From contig NC_042999.1 in the NCBI RefSeq assembly GCF_006345805.1, forward strand, positions 159,650,001-159,714,000: 64,000 nucleotides of DNA, in the 5' to 3' direction. The first letter of the stretch is position 1. Each line of letters starts with the position of its first letter. Of the stretch, positions 23,558 to 36,983 are shown one piece after another. Source of the stretch: Octopus sinensis (taxonomy: Eukaryota). The position numbers and the translations under genes are program-made. The notes below the pieces were generated by a model. It made no database searches. It saw only the letters and a list, made by a program, of their open reading frames with translations, and was not told the origin of the DNA.

Positions 23558-23977
23558 GGATCTTTTCGGTTTGAACGGCAGTTTTTAACATAATTTCCAG
23601 GTAACTAAACACCTTTTAAACTTCGTATATTGGTAGAATGTGTTTATAAAACATATTTTTCTCTTGGCTTTATTGAGAAAATTCTATAGTTTGTAAGATA
23701 TTTGTTGTTTTTTTTTCTTCAATTTTTGCAATTTCAACCAATCAGTGACGTCTATTGAGGTAAAAAAACATTCTGTGCCGTATGAATATGTCCCTCGTTT
23801 AAGAAACAGATTGGGTTTATTTACATTTGTGAAGAAAAAAAGATACCCTTCCCCCACCCCTAACCCTAACCCTAAAATAGATTGAAATGCAATAGATCGA
23901 TACTAGGGTCATAATTATGGGTGACAATTTCATATGACACTGCTAGAAAAAAACTGCCGTTCAAACCGAAAAGATCC
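23558..23977 (+). mobile_element. Merlin-like MITE, copy 3
   Basis: Perfect 8-bp TSD aaagaatt. Confidence 0.88.
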
Positions 23978-24728
23978 AAAGAATTTATTATAGAAATGCT
24001 TACAGCGTATCGTTAATTCCTGCTTATGTCAATTAGGTTACTCTGTGACGTAAGTATTTGGAGGGACTCCTCTAAGCAAAGTTCGCATTTTAGCGACCTA
24101 GAAACGATGAAAATCAAAGATGACTTCGGTGGGATTCGAAATCAGGACGCAGATTGGAAATATACACCGCAAGATTTTTGCCCCACGCCCTAATGACTCC
24201 ACCACACGCACGTACACTCACACGAGAACAAACACACACACACACACACACATACACACACACACACACACACACCCATGCATATCTACATGCAGTGGCG
24301 GACTGAGTCTAAAAATATTGGTTGCCAGGAGACTAGGGGAGTTCACCCGCAACTACTATGATATCTTATTTTTATAACGAATAAATAAAATGTTCAAAAA
24401 ATACATAAGTGGGAACAAAAAGGTGCAATTCAAATTTTTTGCAAAAAAAATGTATATTTTTAAATAATTACAATGCACGTGTACTGAATATATTACTGGT
24501 ACTATACAGTAATACCAATTGTAAATTCAGAATGAATTTTTAAATAAATGTTTTGGTAAATATATATCAGGTCATTAAGTATGAAATGTTTGATTTTCTT
24601 GTGCACCAAGTTCAACAGTCGTTAACCCTAATGTTTTATCTTGACAATTCTTTGATTTTGCAGCATTGAAGAATTACATCATCACTTTTCGAAATGTAAT
24701 TCACGGTGTCTGATTATAATGTAGGTTA

Positions 24729-25130
24729 TCTTTATATATAAAAGTGAGGTTGTGTGCTGTCTGTCTCCTACGATTTAGATTCCTAACTACTCCCACATTT
24801 TGCGGTGCAGTTTAACCAAAACCGGGTATCTTATAGTCGTGATTCATATCGAGCCCTTCTAGGTATTAGCCACATCTACGATGAGTCTACGATTTAAAAA
24901 AAAAATTACCATCAATTTTTCTAATTTTTAATACATTTTTTTGCTATTATATAAGGAAAGTAACTCTCTAAAAATTTATTATTAAATCTCAGAACGTAAA
25001 AAGCCACAGTAACACCCACCCCTCCTTTGTGGTTAGCCATATTGAGATGGCTATTATACTTTACATCTCTAAAAATGCTTATATAGTTATTTCCCTTACA
25101 AACCCGAGCAACGCCGGGCGATACTGCTAG
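24729..25130 (+). mobile_element. Non-autonomous Helitron
   Basis: a|TCTTTATATATAAAAG...cccgagcaacgccgggcgatactgCTAG|t. Confidence 0.92.
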
Positions 25131-25144
25131 TCTCTTATAAATCA

Positions 25145-26716
25145 ATTTTTCTGAACCCATGGATAGATCAAAAATTCATGTTGTTTATGGATATGAGTTC
25201 CGTCGTGGAACCATTGAATCCCAGACAGCTCGAGGTGTTTGGTGAAGATGTGACGAATGAGCTAACTCTATATCGATGGTTTGAGAAGCTCCGGTCTGGT
25301 GAGTTTACTCTTGAAAACCAGCCCCGTGGTAGACCTGAGACCAAGGTGGATAATGATGAACTGGAAACTGTAGTGGAAGCGGATACCTCACAAACTACGT
25401 GTGAGTTAGCAGCAAGGCTTGACGTTTCAATTTCAACTGTATTGGACCATCTGAAACAAATCGGCGAGGTAAAGAAGCTGGACAAGTGGGTACCACACGA
25501 ACTGAACGAGCATCAAATGACACCTCGTCTTGGAACTTGCTGTTTTTTGCTGTCATAACATGAAAGCGAACCGTTTTTGCATCGTATTGTTACGTGTGAT
25601 GAAAAATGGATTCTTTTCAACGATAGCAAGCATTCTGCATAGTGGTTGGATAGAGACGAAGTGCCAAAACACAATCCAAAAAGAATATTCACAAAAAAAA
25701 GCTAACAGTGTCTGTTTGGTGTCATCCGCTACAGCTTCATGAGATTTATAAAATTGGTACATATATGATATACCGCTATTTTGAAAATGTTAAAAAGGGT
25801 TTTATAGAATAAAATAATGGCAAGAGCAGCGAATAAAGAATAATAGAAGGAAGTAAAATATTAAAAGTAGAACCAATTACAGCGGATGTATACATCAACC
25901 AATTGGATGAAATGATGAGTGAGCTTGCAATTAAGCAACCGAGATTGGTCAATAGAGACAGGCCAATTTTCTTGTAAGACAATGCTCGCCCACACGTTGC
26001 ATAAAGAACGCTACTCTGGATGGAAGCACTCCGTCGGTTACGACGACGAGGGTTCCGGTTGATCCGATCAATGGAACAGCCTACTCGTGAAATTAACGTG
26101 TAAGTGGCTGAGCACTCCACAGACACGTGTACCCTTAACGTAGTTCTCGGGGATATTCAGCGTGACACAGAAAGTGACAAGGCCGGCCCTTTGAAATACA
26201 GGTACAACAGAAACAGGAAGTAAGAGTGAGAGAAAGTTGTGGTGAAAGAGTACAGCAGGGATCACCACCATCCCCTGCCGGAGCCTCGTGGAGCTTTTAG
26301 GTGTTTTCGCTCAATAAACACTCACAACGCCCGGTCTGGGAATCGAAACCGCGATCCTATGACCGCGAGTCCGCTGGCCTAACCACTGGGCCATTGCGCC
26401 TCCACAACGCTACTCTATTTACAGGAACAGAACTTGCACCAGACCTTGCACAACTATCACGTTTTCCAGCCATTAGACAACTTCCTGCAAGGAAAAATCT
26501 TCAAATCTGAAGAAGATGCAAAAACAGTCTTTCGTGATTTTATTACCTCTTGCTCTCCAGAATTCTTCGCTGCCGCCATAAATAAGCTACCAATAAAATG
26601 GCAAAATTATGTCGATAATTTAGAGGCATACTTTGATTAACTGCATTACTTTTTGTTGAGCTAAAGTAAACTTTCAGTTCAAAATCGAACATTTCTTTCT
26701 TAATGGCCTGATGGTA
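25145..26716 (+). mobile_element. Decayed mariner, interrupted by a 128-bp insert and a SINE
   Basis: HTH region, DKWVPHEL, IVTCDEKW, DNARPH, LQGKIFKSEED; stops and frameshifts. Confidence 0.85.
26018..26405 (-). mobile_element. Family A SINE, tail type i
   Basis: 11-bp TSD aacgctactct at 26007-17 and 26406-16. Confidence 0.92.
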
Positions 26717-28324
26717 CACTGTCATTTTGGAAGTGTACTGTTATTTTGAAAATTTTCAACCAAATTGAAAATAAAGACCAATAAATCTATAAATCAATTT
26801 CATTATTTTTAATGAAGACTTTCTATTGTCAAAGAGATAGCAATGTTTTCATATGAAAATCACGCTTTTGAAGCCAATACCATGTCTTCATACATAAACA
26901 TCATTTATTTGTTTGTTTGCTCTTTACGAAAGATATTTTTTCAGGCAATTTGTTCATATATTGTTTTTAATTAAAAGTGTATAAGCCAAGAATTCTATCA
27001 CCACCACTTCTATTGCTCCAGGAAGATTTCTTCTACTTTTAATATTTTACTTCCTTCTATTATTCTTTATTCGCTGCTCTTGCCATTATTTTATTCTATA
27101 AAACCCCTTTTAACATTTTCAAAATAGCGGTATATCATATGTGTACCAATTTTATAAATTTTTAAATAATTGGTGGATGTTTTTAAGCAGTTTACTTGTA
27201 CTGTACACTATACACATTAACAGACAGTTCAAATTATTTACATGCCATTTACTATATTAAGAGCAATCGTTTGAGTTTTTCGATAACTTTCTTCCCATAA
27301 GCACAATTTATGGAATGGTAATGATGAAGTAACAGCTGCGTGGTACATTGCTGGGATCTAAGCAACAAAAAAAAATTTTAATTTAAATCCCCCACTCTCG
27401 ACCAAGTGAGGCCGTGTGTGGTGTGTAAGAAAACACATAGTTACTGACAGAAATGTATGCTATAAAAACAAATTATCTTTTAGATATCTTTTTTAAATCA
27501 CTGTAGATAAATTCCAGCGCTGATCTCAAGCTCTCCAATGTCTTATAATTGTAAATAGAAACAATGGGATATGAAAAAATCAGAGATTTTCATTTTTTTT
27601 TAATAGCATAAATGTGCTTATGGGAGAAAAATATTGAGAAACATCAATACATATGACAGTGACAAAGGTAGTCGTAAGATGTGCTAGAAAAAACAGCTAA
27701 ATCTCCTTTAAATCACACACCTTCTCTTGTGAAAATATTAAATTTTTTTAGCGAAACGGCTTCTCCCATCGTTTTTAAGTACGTGCTACAAAAAAGAATT
27801 GGCCAAAATCGGTCTGGATGGGCGTAAGGATGGGAAGGGAGGGAGGGGAGAACAATTTAGGCTGTGATGAAAAACAAATTGGAAAAATCACCGTCAAAAC
27901 GAAGAAAAAATCCAACATGTGGGTGTTCTAATCCGAAACCCTACCATTACTGAAATTAGTCATTACTCATTTTGCCCCAATTTAGACATCATTTTTTTGA
28001 GAATGGAAAATTATCAAATTAGACATTAGTATGGCAAAAATTTTACATGTAATCCAACAGAGAAAAGAATTGTTAAACACCAAAAATTATCCAGGTATTT
28101 TATTAGCAACCTCAAAATAACAAGAAATCAGAAATTACTTATTTTGACCTACCTCTATAGTAATTTAAATGTTTCACGAATTGGAATAGTACAAAATAAC
28201 GAAAAATATAGACAAAAGAAAGAAATAAAAAGGTTCGATTTAATGAAAAACATTCGAAGATTTATGCAATAATAAGCCGAAAAAAATGTTTTTAGCTGTT
28301 GTAAGATGTAATTTTATAACTCTT

Positions 28325-28735
28325 TACTCTTTTACTCTTTTACTTGTTTCAGTCATTTGACTGCGGCCATGCTGGAGCACCGCCTTTAGTGAGCAAATCG
28401 ACCCCGGGATTTATTCTTTGTAAGCCCAGTATTTATTCTATCGGTCTCTTTTTGCCGAACCGCTAAGTGACGGGGACGTAAACACACCAGCATCGGTTGT
28501 CAAGCAATGCTAGGGGGACAAACACAGACACACAAACATATACACACACACACATATATATATACATATATACGACAGGCTTCTTTCAGTTTCCGTCTAC
28601 CAAATCCACTCACAAGGCATTGGTCGGCACGGGGCTATAGCAGAAGACACATGCCCAAGATGCCACGCAGTGGGACTGAACCCGGAGCCATGTGGTTGGT
28701 TAGCAACCTACTTACCACACAGCCACTCCTGCGCC
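28325..28735 (-). mobile_element. Family C SINE, full length
   Basis: Reverse complement of the 30328 copy. Confidence 0.9.
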
Positions 28736-30327
28736 TAACTAAACTAAATTCAAAATTTACATTTTAGAACATTTCTTGCTCATTTCTTCGTTCGTAGAGT
28801 AAGACAAGTCTTCGATGCCTCACAGAAATAAGGAAGTTTACAAGTGCCAATATATGTATATCCGTGTGTATGTGTGTGTGTGTCTGTGTGCGTGCGTGTG
28901 CGTGCGTGTGCGTGCGTGTGCGTGCCAGTGTGCGTGCGCGCGCACACGCCTTTAATTCCAGAGTCATTGCTCAGTCATGTGTTGAAAAAACAAATTTGAA
29001 CTTCTTTCTGTTAAGCTGTTTCATTTTCTATACATTCACACTTACACACAAGCACACACGCATACACACACACACTCGAAACGTAAAAGACTGTCTCACT
29101 TTCCCGAGCGCCAAACTAATACACCCGCTTGTTTATATATATATATATATATATATTATTATTATTATTATTATTATTAAAAACAATAAAGTGACCAAGA
29201 AGCTTAATCAAAATAGGTAAAATATACATAAAAATTAGCTATGCTAGAAAAAAAGAGTCAACTCTCCAAAGCCGCATATTTCACAATAAGTAAACACGCA
29301 AGGTGAATGTAGTGAATATGATAAAAGATAATCCTTTGCAAAACTACAAAGAAAAGTACAGACATCTCAGCATCGATTGATTTTACCTTTTGTGTTAACC
29401 AGCACTTAGGATCATTAGCTGAGCTTACAGTATATAACTATTTTACAAAATATATTCACTACACCTTGTGCGTTTGTACACTTGAATACCCTTGCGACAT
29501 TCAAAAACGAATGATATATATCCAGAATACTAACACATTTTTCGCGTGGCGATTAGCATTTCGTCTTCACACCATCTGAGACTCGAAATCTTAGAATATC
29601 ATCGTAAATTTCATTGTCTGTTAGACGATGATGATGACGGTGACAACGAGGAAGGAGGCGACCAAAGCGAGGATATTGAAGATACCACGTTTACAAAGTC
29701 ATCAAATAACCATCAGTATTTCAACGTATTTTCGAGAACCGAATTTAATCACGATTTATATCATTATATACACAAAATATCACGTTTGAAAAAAATTTGA
29801 GGTGTCAAATTATAATATCAACAGTAAAGCAATGAATAAATATATGAATTTATATAGTTGTTTATACATTGTGTATAGCTAAAGCTTTTAGATCTCAACG
29901 AACCAGGCAATCTTTCTGTAAATAGTTACCACAGGGTAGACTATTTCACCGCCGCTTCTGTTGTTGTTTTTCTTATTTCTGTTGATTTTTTAATTCCCAG
30001 AATTAACCCTCCATGAGCAAGTTTTTTTGAAATGTAGTATCTATAAATACTAAAATATGATATTAAAATAAGATTCTAAAATATGATGTAAGGAGATTTT
30101 GGTAATATTTCTTGCAAGCCGAGCGGTTCTACAGTTTTCATGTTTTGCAGTACAGTGTTTAAAGAAACCTTCCTGTAGACGCGACCAAAAGATGACATGT
30201 CAATACCAAGCTTCTATGCAGTCACTCTTTCTGCTAGAAACAGCAACCAGACCTCCCTCAAACCACATGATTTAAAAAGGGAGAGTCATATGAAACAATA
30301 TTAGTAAAAATACACCATAAAATACAC

Positions 30328-30735
30328 CAGGCGCAGGAGTGGCTGTGTGGTAAGTAGCTTGCTTACCAACCACATGGTTCCGGGTTCAGTCCCACTGCGT
30401 GACATCTTGCGCAAGTGTCTTCTGCTATAGCCCCGGGCCGACCAATGCCTTGTGAGTGGATTTGGAAACTGAAAGAAGCCTGTCGTATATATGTATATAT
30501 ATATGTGTGTGTGTATATGTTTGTGTGTCTGTGTTTGTCCCCCTAGCATTGCTTGACAACCGATGCTGGTGTGTTTACATCCCCGTCACTTAGCGGTTCG
30601 GCAAAAGAGACCGATAGAATAAGTACTGGGCTTACAAAGAATAAGTCCCGGGGTCGAGTTGCTCGACTAAAGGCGGTGCTCCAGCATGGCCGCAGTCAAA
30701 TGACTGAAACAAGTAAAAGAGTAAAAGAGTAAAGA
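30328..30735 (+). mobile_element. Family C SINE, full length
   Basis: tRNA-like head, CORE-like box, cagtcaaatgactg hairpin, (gtaaaaga)n tail. Confidence 0.9.
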
Positions 30736-32896
30736 GTGTATTTATAAACCATGCGATGCTTATGATTTCTGAGTTAGGGGATGGTACACTTAATCTGTTG
30801 CCTAGTTTAACATTGACCACTTGGTCCTTCCATGAAATCAAGCCATATCTTCAATTTGAGAACGACTTCTTCTCTTCCACCAGTTTCGGAGCACCTGAGA
30901 AAAGAGAAAGAGCATGTGCTAAACGATAAAAAGATATAACAAAGTTCGTTTCGATCCACTTAATCCCATGAAAGAAATCTGCATTTCGGGGCCGCATAGA
31001 AACCGATCTTGCCATTGCAAATCGCCAATCTCATTCATACACTTCTCGTCAATTCGACATTACATTAAACTTACCTTTATCTGTCTCTGACTTTCCATAT
31101 ATGTGTGTGAGTATATGTGTATGTGCGAGTCCGTGTGTGCGTGTGCATGTGTCTGTGCATGTGTATGCGAGTTCGAGCGCGTGTGAATGTGTGTTATCAG
31201 CTAACTGAAACGAAAGTTTCACTTCTTTTCTAAGGTGATTGTTAGCAGAATACAAACTTAGAAATTCTTCAGCCGGTAGGTCAACTATATATCGGGACAA
31301 CCTTTGTAACTCTACATGTGATGAAATGAACATATTAATTTCTTCTTCATTTCATAAATTAGGGCTAAATCTAACTTCTCTCTTGATAGGCGAAGATGTC
31401 ACAAACTTAACCTAGAGTACAACACAACGCCAATGAAAACATCTTCCAACTAACCACTTCCTTTATCTATCACTTTTCATTTAGTCACGATCGTACTATA
31501 AATGTGGTCGCTGAAGTATTGCAAAGGTTACCGTTTATCTATTAATATATCCCTAAATCGGCGGCATTATTTTTGATTCAATTTCTAACTTGGCTGCAAT
31601 AATATTTCCTTATTTATTTAACATTAAGATCAAATAGAATATTTCATAGTCGGGATTAATTACTTCGTAAACGGAGATTGCTTTTAACTATTGAAACTTT
31701 GGCAGCTCAAATCTGAAGTTATTAACAATCAAATATCAATATTTGAATGTAGTTTCTAAATCTAACACAAGTATTTATTTATATGTACATCTTCCAAACC
31801 TAGGTTTCTAGATTGCTATAAAATCCATTACATTGCATATTACATGTTCTCAATAGAAAATATTATGGCTATCCATATTCTTCTAGATTTGTGTCCGATA
31901 GATTGATCAGTTTTTATATTGAACAAACTCTTATGATAAGTTTATGATCAATAGAATTCATTGACTTTACCTTATCCAATTGGGCAAAGAAAGAAAAAAA
32001 TTAATTATTAGTCTTTGAACTATCATTTTATTGCTTCCTAATAATTTCAGAGCAGCACACAGCCACAAATACCTATTGATGATGCAGAAACTGATACTTA
32101 GTGCCGTAAATTTACTATCAATATATTACTTTCAAAGTTTTTGATGGCTCCCATAAATAGTAAGGCTTTCGACATGAAGTAGTGCTCATTATATCGAAAC
32201 CTTCTTGTGAAGAAACATAGACGAATTGGTTTTAAATGGCTGCTTGATCTCCAAGATAAAATACTCTACATTGCAGTTCTTCCTATTTGCTATTCTAATA
32301 TAACACTTGAAGTCTCTATAGTATAAAGATCGAAATGCGCTCTCTCGTGTATTTTCTATTATTCGTACTTTTCATCAAAAACGATTTCTTGCCATTTTAA
32401 ATATTATACTTTATGGATTATTGCAACAAACAACTAATAAAAACACTTTACCACTAGCTTAGACTAATATTTATTCTTCCCTTCTATTTGATTTTTTCTA
32501 ATAGCTTTTCTTTCATTATGTGTATGAAATATTTTAAACATGAATAACCCTCGTGTGCACGCTTGTAAAGTGCTTCAAATATAGGATGCATTCTACTTTC
32601 AATTTACGAACAAATGAATTAGAAATATGTGCATAACATTTTTTGAAGGCTTAAATATGCGTGACCGAATACTTTTTGGAATGAAAGTGTACCACATAGT
32701 TGCTGACAAATAACACATTTTTTGCAGAAAAATTTCTAAAGATGAAAAATTGGGAAATTTAAGATGAGGTAAACATTCTTTACATTTATTATGAATGCAG
32801 ACCGCTTTGTGTGAGGTTGTCCCAAACTGAAGCTATGGCTTGATTTCATCGAAGGACCAAGTGGTCAGTGTTAAACTAGGCAACAGATTAAATTAC

Positions 32897-33343
32897 TATC
32901 CGAGAAGAGAGTAAGAGTAGAAAAGGCAGTAAAAGGGAAGGATGGCCGGATGCTAACATCAATTCTAGAACAAAAAATCGATGGAAGTAGCATTTTGAAG
33001 ATTTGTTCAATAGACTACCTCCAGACACAATAGCCAACATTGTGCCAAGAAATTTGGATCTTAACATCAGCCTTGACCCACTGCCCAAGTTTGAAATAAG
33101 AAAGGCTATACAATCCCTCAAGAATGGGAAAGCATGAGGTGTAGACAACATTCCAGCTGAAGAAATGAAATCAGCTATAGAAATAGCGGTAGAAATGTTT
33201 CATCCATTATTTTCTAAGATATGGCAGGAAGAAAATGTGTCTAATGATTGGAAAGAGGGACTCATTGTAAAATTGCCCAAAAAAGGTGATTTAAGCGATT
33301 GTGGAAATTATAGAGGGATTATGCTATTATCGACTCCCGGAAA
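32897..33343 (+). pseudogene. RTE-clade LINE RT fragment
   Basis: HFEDLFNR, AIQSLKNGKA*GVDNIPAE, WKEGLIVKLPKKGDLSDCGNYRGIMLLSTPGK. Confidence 0.88.
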
Positions 33344-34574
33344 ATCTGCCTTTTACAGAACAATAAGAATTTGGTCTTATATTATACTAGTAAACAGTAA
33401 TTTTACTCATGAGCATAGAGCTAGGTCAAGCTGGAATTAAATGAAGTCACGTAAAACAGCGTCGAATAAAATATATTAGCATGAAGTCATATTCAACATG
33501 TCGAGCAGACTCGGACATGTGAAGACCTGTCGCTGCAACACTACTTCGTGTGACTTTATATATTAAATTCAAACTAGATCAAGCGTTATGCACATCAGCA
33601 AATGTATTATCTTCACTTTGAAAACATAAGGACACAGTGAAAGTGTCAAGTCCAACAGGAAACGGTGTTTCCTAGGGCTAAATAACAGTAGCATTCTTCC
33701 CTTTCATGGGACTGTCACGTTAAGTTGACAACATACTATCACTTTAGCAAACGTATTGTTTGTTATTCTAATATAACAACACATTGTTCTTTATCGGACA
33801 GTGAAAGGTAGATTTGTTGTTCGTAATTGACAACGTGAAAGAAAGAAGAAATGTATGCGTCTACATCCAATGACTTCACTTACAATCCAATGTGTTTTAA
33901 CACATGACGTTTGGGAGAAGAATTTCCTCTTGAAACTATTTCCGCAGCGAAAGGTTTTCACACGTCCACTGTATTCGAACGTGTTAAATATGCATGTATA
34001 TGAATATACTATTAACTATTATGTTTCGACGGGTGTGCCTGTGTATTTGTGTGATTACAAATGCGAATACAAGCTATCTTTTAACTAGAATTCATTAACT
34101 CGCTAATTGAGAGCTTCATACGTAATTGAGGTAACTGAGATACTAATTAAGAGTTAACTTGATTGTTTTGATGTAGAGAATATTAATATCGCTACTTTAT
34201 CTATGCATCCAAAGACAGATAAATCTAATTCTTGCAAAAACAAGCAGATGGTAAACTAAAAATATGTGCCCATACTTGCTACAATTTCCTTTTATTCGTT
34301 ATTTTAGTCTTTATAAAAGCGTAAACCCACGCAACATACTTTTGCCCATTTTCGAAGAATATAGAACTTTTTTCTTACACCCGATCAAAAGTAATAATAC
34401 GTTTAAATGATAAAATGGAATAAGCAGTAGGCGAGAGGGTGGAGCCTCTGCAAACTTTATGCTTAACAGTAGTTTACTTCGTTTATGTAACAATTCCATA
34501 TCTAATTCAATTAGAGTCAATTTTATCGCTTCAGCTCTTTGCTGTCGTCCTTTACACATTTATAGGATTGCATT

Positions 34575-35195
34575 GTGGAGGCGCAATGGCCCAGTGGTTA
34601 GGGCAGCGGACTCGCGGTCGTAGGATCGGCGAGCTGGCAGAAACGTTAGCACGCCGGGCGAAATGCTTAGCGGTATTTCGTCTGCGTTACGTTGTGAGTT
34701 CAAATTCCGCCGAGGTCGACTTTCATCCTTTCGGGGTCGATAAAATAAGTACCAGTTACGCACTGGGGTCGATATAATCGACTTAATACCTATGTCCGTC
34801 CTTGTTTGTCCCCTCTGTGTTTAGCCCCTTGTGGGTAATAAAGAAATAGGTCGTAGGATCGTGGTTTCGATTCCCAGACCGGGCGTTGTGAGTGTTTATT
34901 GAGCGAAAACACCTGAAGCTCCAGTAGGCTCCGGCAGGGGATGGTGGTGATCCCTGCTGAACTCTTTCACCACAACTTTCTCTCACTCTTACTTCCTGTT
35001 TCTGCTGTACCTGTATTTCAAAGGGCCGGCCTTGTCACTTTCTGTGTCACGCTGAATATCCCCGAGAACTACGTTAAGGGTACACGTGTCTGTGGAGTGC
35101 TCAGCCACTTACACGTTAATTTCACGAGCAGGCTGTTCCGTTGATCGGATCAACCGGAACCCTCGTCGTCGTAACCGACGGGCTGCTTCCATCCC
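34575..35195 (+). mobile_element. Family A SINE with a family B SINE nested in its head (34629-34848)
   Basis: Inner 13-bp TSD ggtcgtaggatcg (34616-28, 34849-61); outer 13-bp TSD with one mismatch (34562-74, 35196-208). Confidence 0.92.
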
Positions 35196-35711
35196 ATAGC
35201 ATTGCATTATACAATAAGTAATTATAAAACAAATTCGAGCGAGCCTCGTGAAATAAGAAATAAACTTCTGATACGTTGCATTAGTAGCATGGTTTCAATT
35301 TCCTACTAAAACGATAACATTTACCTTATGCAGCAAATACAGTACGAATATCACAGTACTCCATCTCTTTTGTAGAGTAACCACGTTAACATAATAAAGG
35401 TAAGTAAACGAGGCCCAGTTATTTCGACTTTTCTTTCGTATTTTTAGCCCTGGTTCTGTTCGTTTTATCACAGGAATCCTTTTTCTTTTTTATGGCAGAA
35501 TGAATCGAAGCCTTCTAGTTTCCATCAAAAGCCCGAAATATTGTCAAGTCAGGTAATTCGATTTTTACGAATATCACATTTAAATCAAGAATACGTATTC
35601 CTGTGTGGGATTATGCATGATTGTGAATATACTTGTGTGTGTATATGTGTGTGCGCACGTGTGTGTGTGTGTGTGTATGTATGTACGTACGTACGTACGT
35701 ATGTATCCATG

Positions 35712-36222
35712 TTTCGAATTTTATCAAAAAGTATCGGGACCGTTACTATGGTAACGAGGTTACAGTACGCAAAGTGAAGCCGCATGGCACAGATTGACCT
35801 TGAACTCTGTCGTGTAAGCACACTAAATTATAACAGTTTCACTTCCGTTGTTTATATCAGTGTTTAGAAGTAAAGTGTGTAGAGTGTAGGTGATTCAAAA
35901 AGAAGATCGGGTTTCGATTCCACATGATCTCCTTGATTGTGTCATGGAAGACGAAAACGTTTTGAAAACGGTCTTAAAAGGTGACAGGAATCCCACTTGA
36001 AAGGAAAGAGATTTCGGAGACGTCGAAAAAATCGAAGGGAATGCAACGAGGCAGCTAGTCGCTGTCCCCAAAACGGAGTTCAAGAAATGCTTCTATTTCG
36101 CTGGATAAAGTGTGTTAGCTTCAGAAGGAGACTACTTCGAAGGGGATTAAATGCCGAATTGATATATGTTGTAGTTTTCTTTTTATAGCAACAGTCCCGA
36201 TACCTTTTCATCAGACTTTCGT
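35712..36222 (+). mobile_element. Internally deleted mariner
   Basis: TIR remnants atcaaaaagtatcgggac / cagtcccgatacctttt; C-terminal KGKRFRDVEKI..RWIKCV..EGDYFEGD*. Confidence 0.75.
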
Positions 36223-36622
36223 TTGTATGTATGTATGTATGTATGTATGTATGTATGTATGTATGTATGTATATATGTATATATGTATGTATGTATGTCT
36301 TTTTTTTTTTACTTGTTTCAGTCATTTTGACTGCGGCCATGCTGGAGCACCGCCTTTATGCATGTATGTATGTAAAATTTCCGAGACATATTTTCCTTCT
36401 ATTGTTTTCTCAGAAGAAAAAATTATTCTACCGGATGGGAAAAAGATGGAGAACGAAAATGATAGGGCGGGATTATGATACAAAAACACAAGAAACCCAT
36501 TTTGTAATTCTTACCATTCTTAGGCCCATTCCTGGTGTCTTCTTCCTGTGCAGCTTTCTAAAAGTTTTAATAAAAGTTAATGAGTTACAGAAGTGAATTT
36601 TATGTTTCATGTGCATAGATTA

Positions 36623-36983
36623 CTAGCAGTATCGCCCGGCGTTGCTCGGGTCTGTTTCGACCCTTTAGAATTGGAATTTTTGAAAAGTAAAAATTGTGCA
36701 TTATTATTATTTCTTTGTTATTCTCTTTAAGTGAACATTTTTCTGGTTGAAATACACCGAAAAATGGCGACACAGCAGTCAAAAAATCGAAAACAATAGG
36801 GATATTCATAGAAAAAAAGCACCTTTTTGATGTAAATAATTTTTGGTGTTAACATGGTCCTTTTTTAAGGAAGGAATAACAAGCGTTCTTCTATCATACC
36901 GCAGGGTCTCGGAGGAGACAGTGTTAGTTGAAGGCTACCAAACCTGCCATACACAGACAACTTCAGCTTTATATAGAGAGAGA
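36623..36983 (-). mobile_element. Non-autonomous Helitron with a different interior
   Basis: Same 3' ~30 bp and TC..CTAG termini at an A|T site. Confidence 0.85.

Noticed and set aside
24293-24360. hAT-like terminus CAGTGGCGGACTG
   Set aside because: I could not find the matching inverted terminus or a TSD.
29075-29133. Fourth hammerhead
   Set aside because: Only the GAAACGUA half is present; the CUGANGA half is replaced by a CA microsatellite.
30690-30720. Hammerhead-like look of the SINE C tail (cagtcaaatgactgaaac)
   Set aside because: It has a hairpin followed by GAAAC but no upstream core and no palindromic stem III; more likely a LINE-recognition stem-loop.
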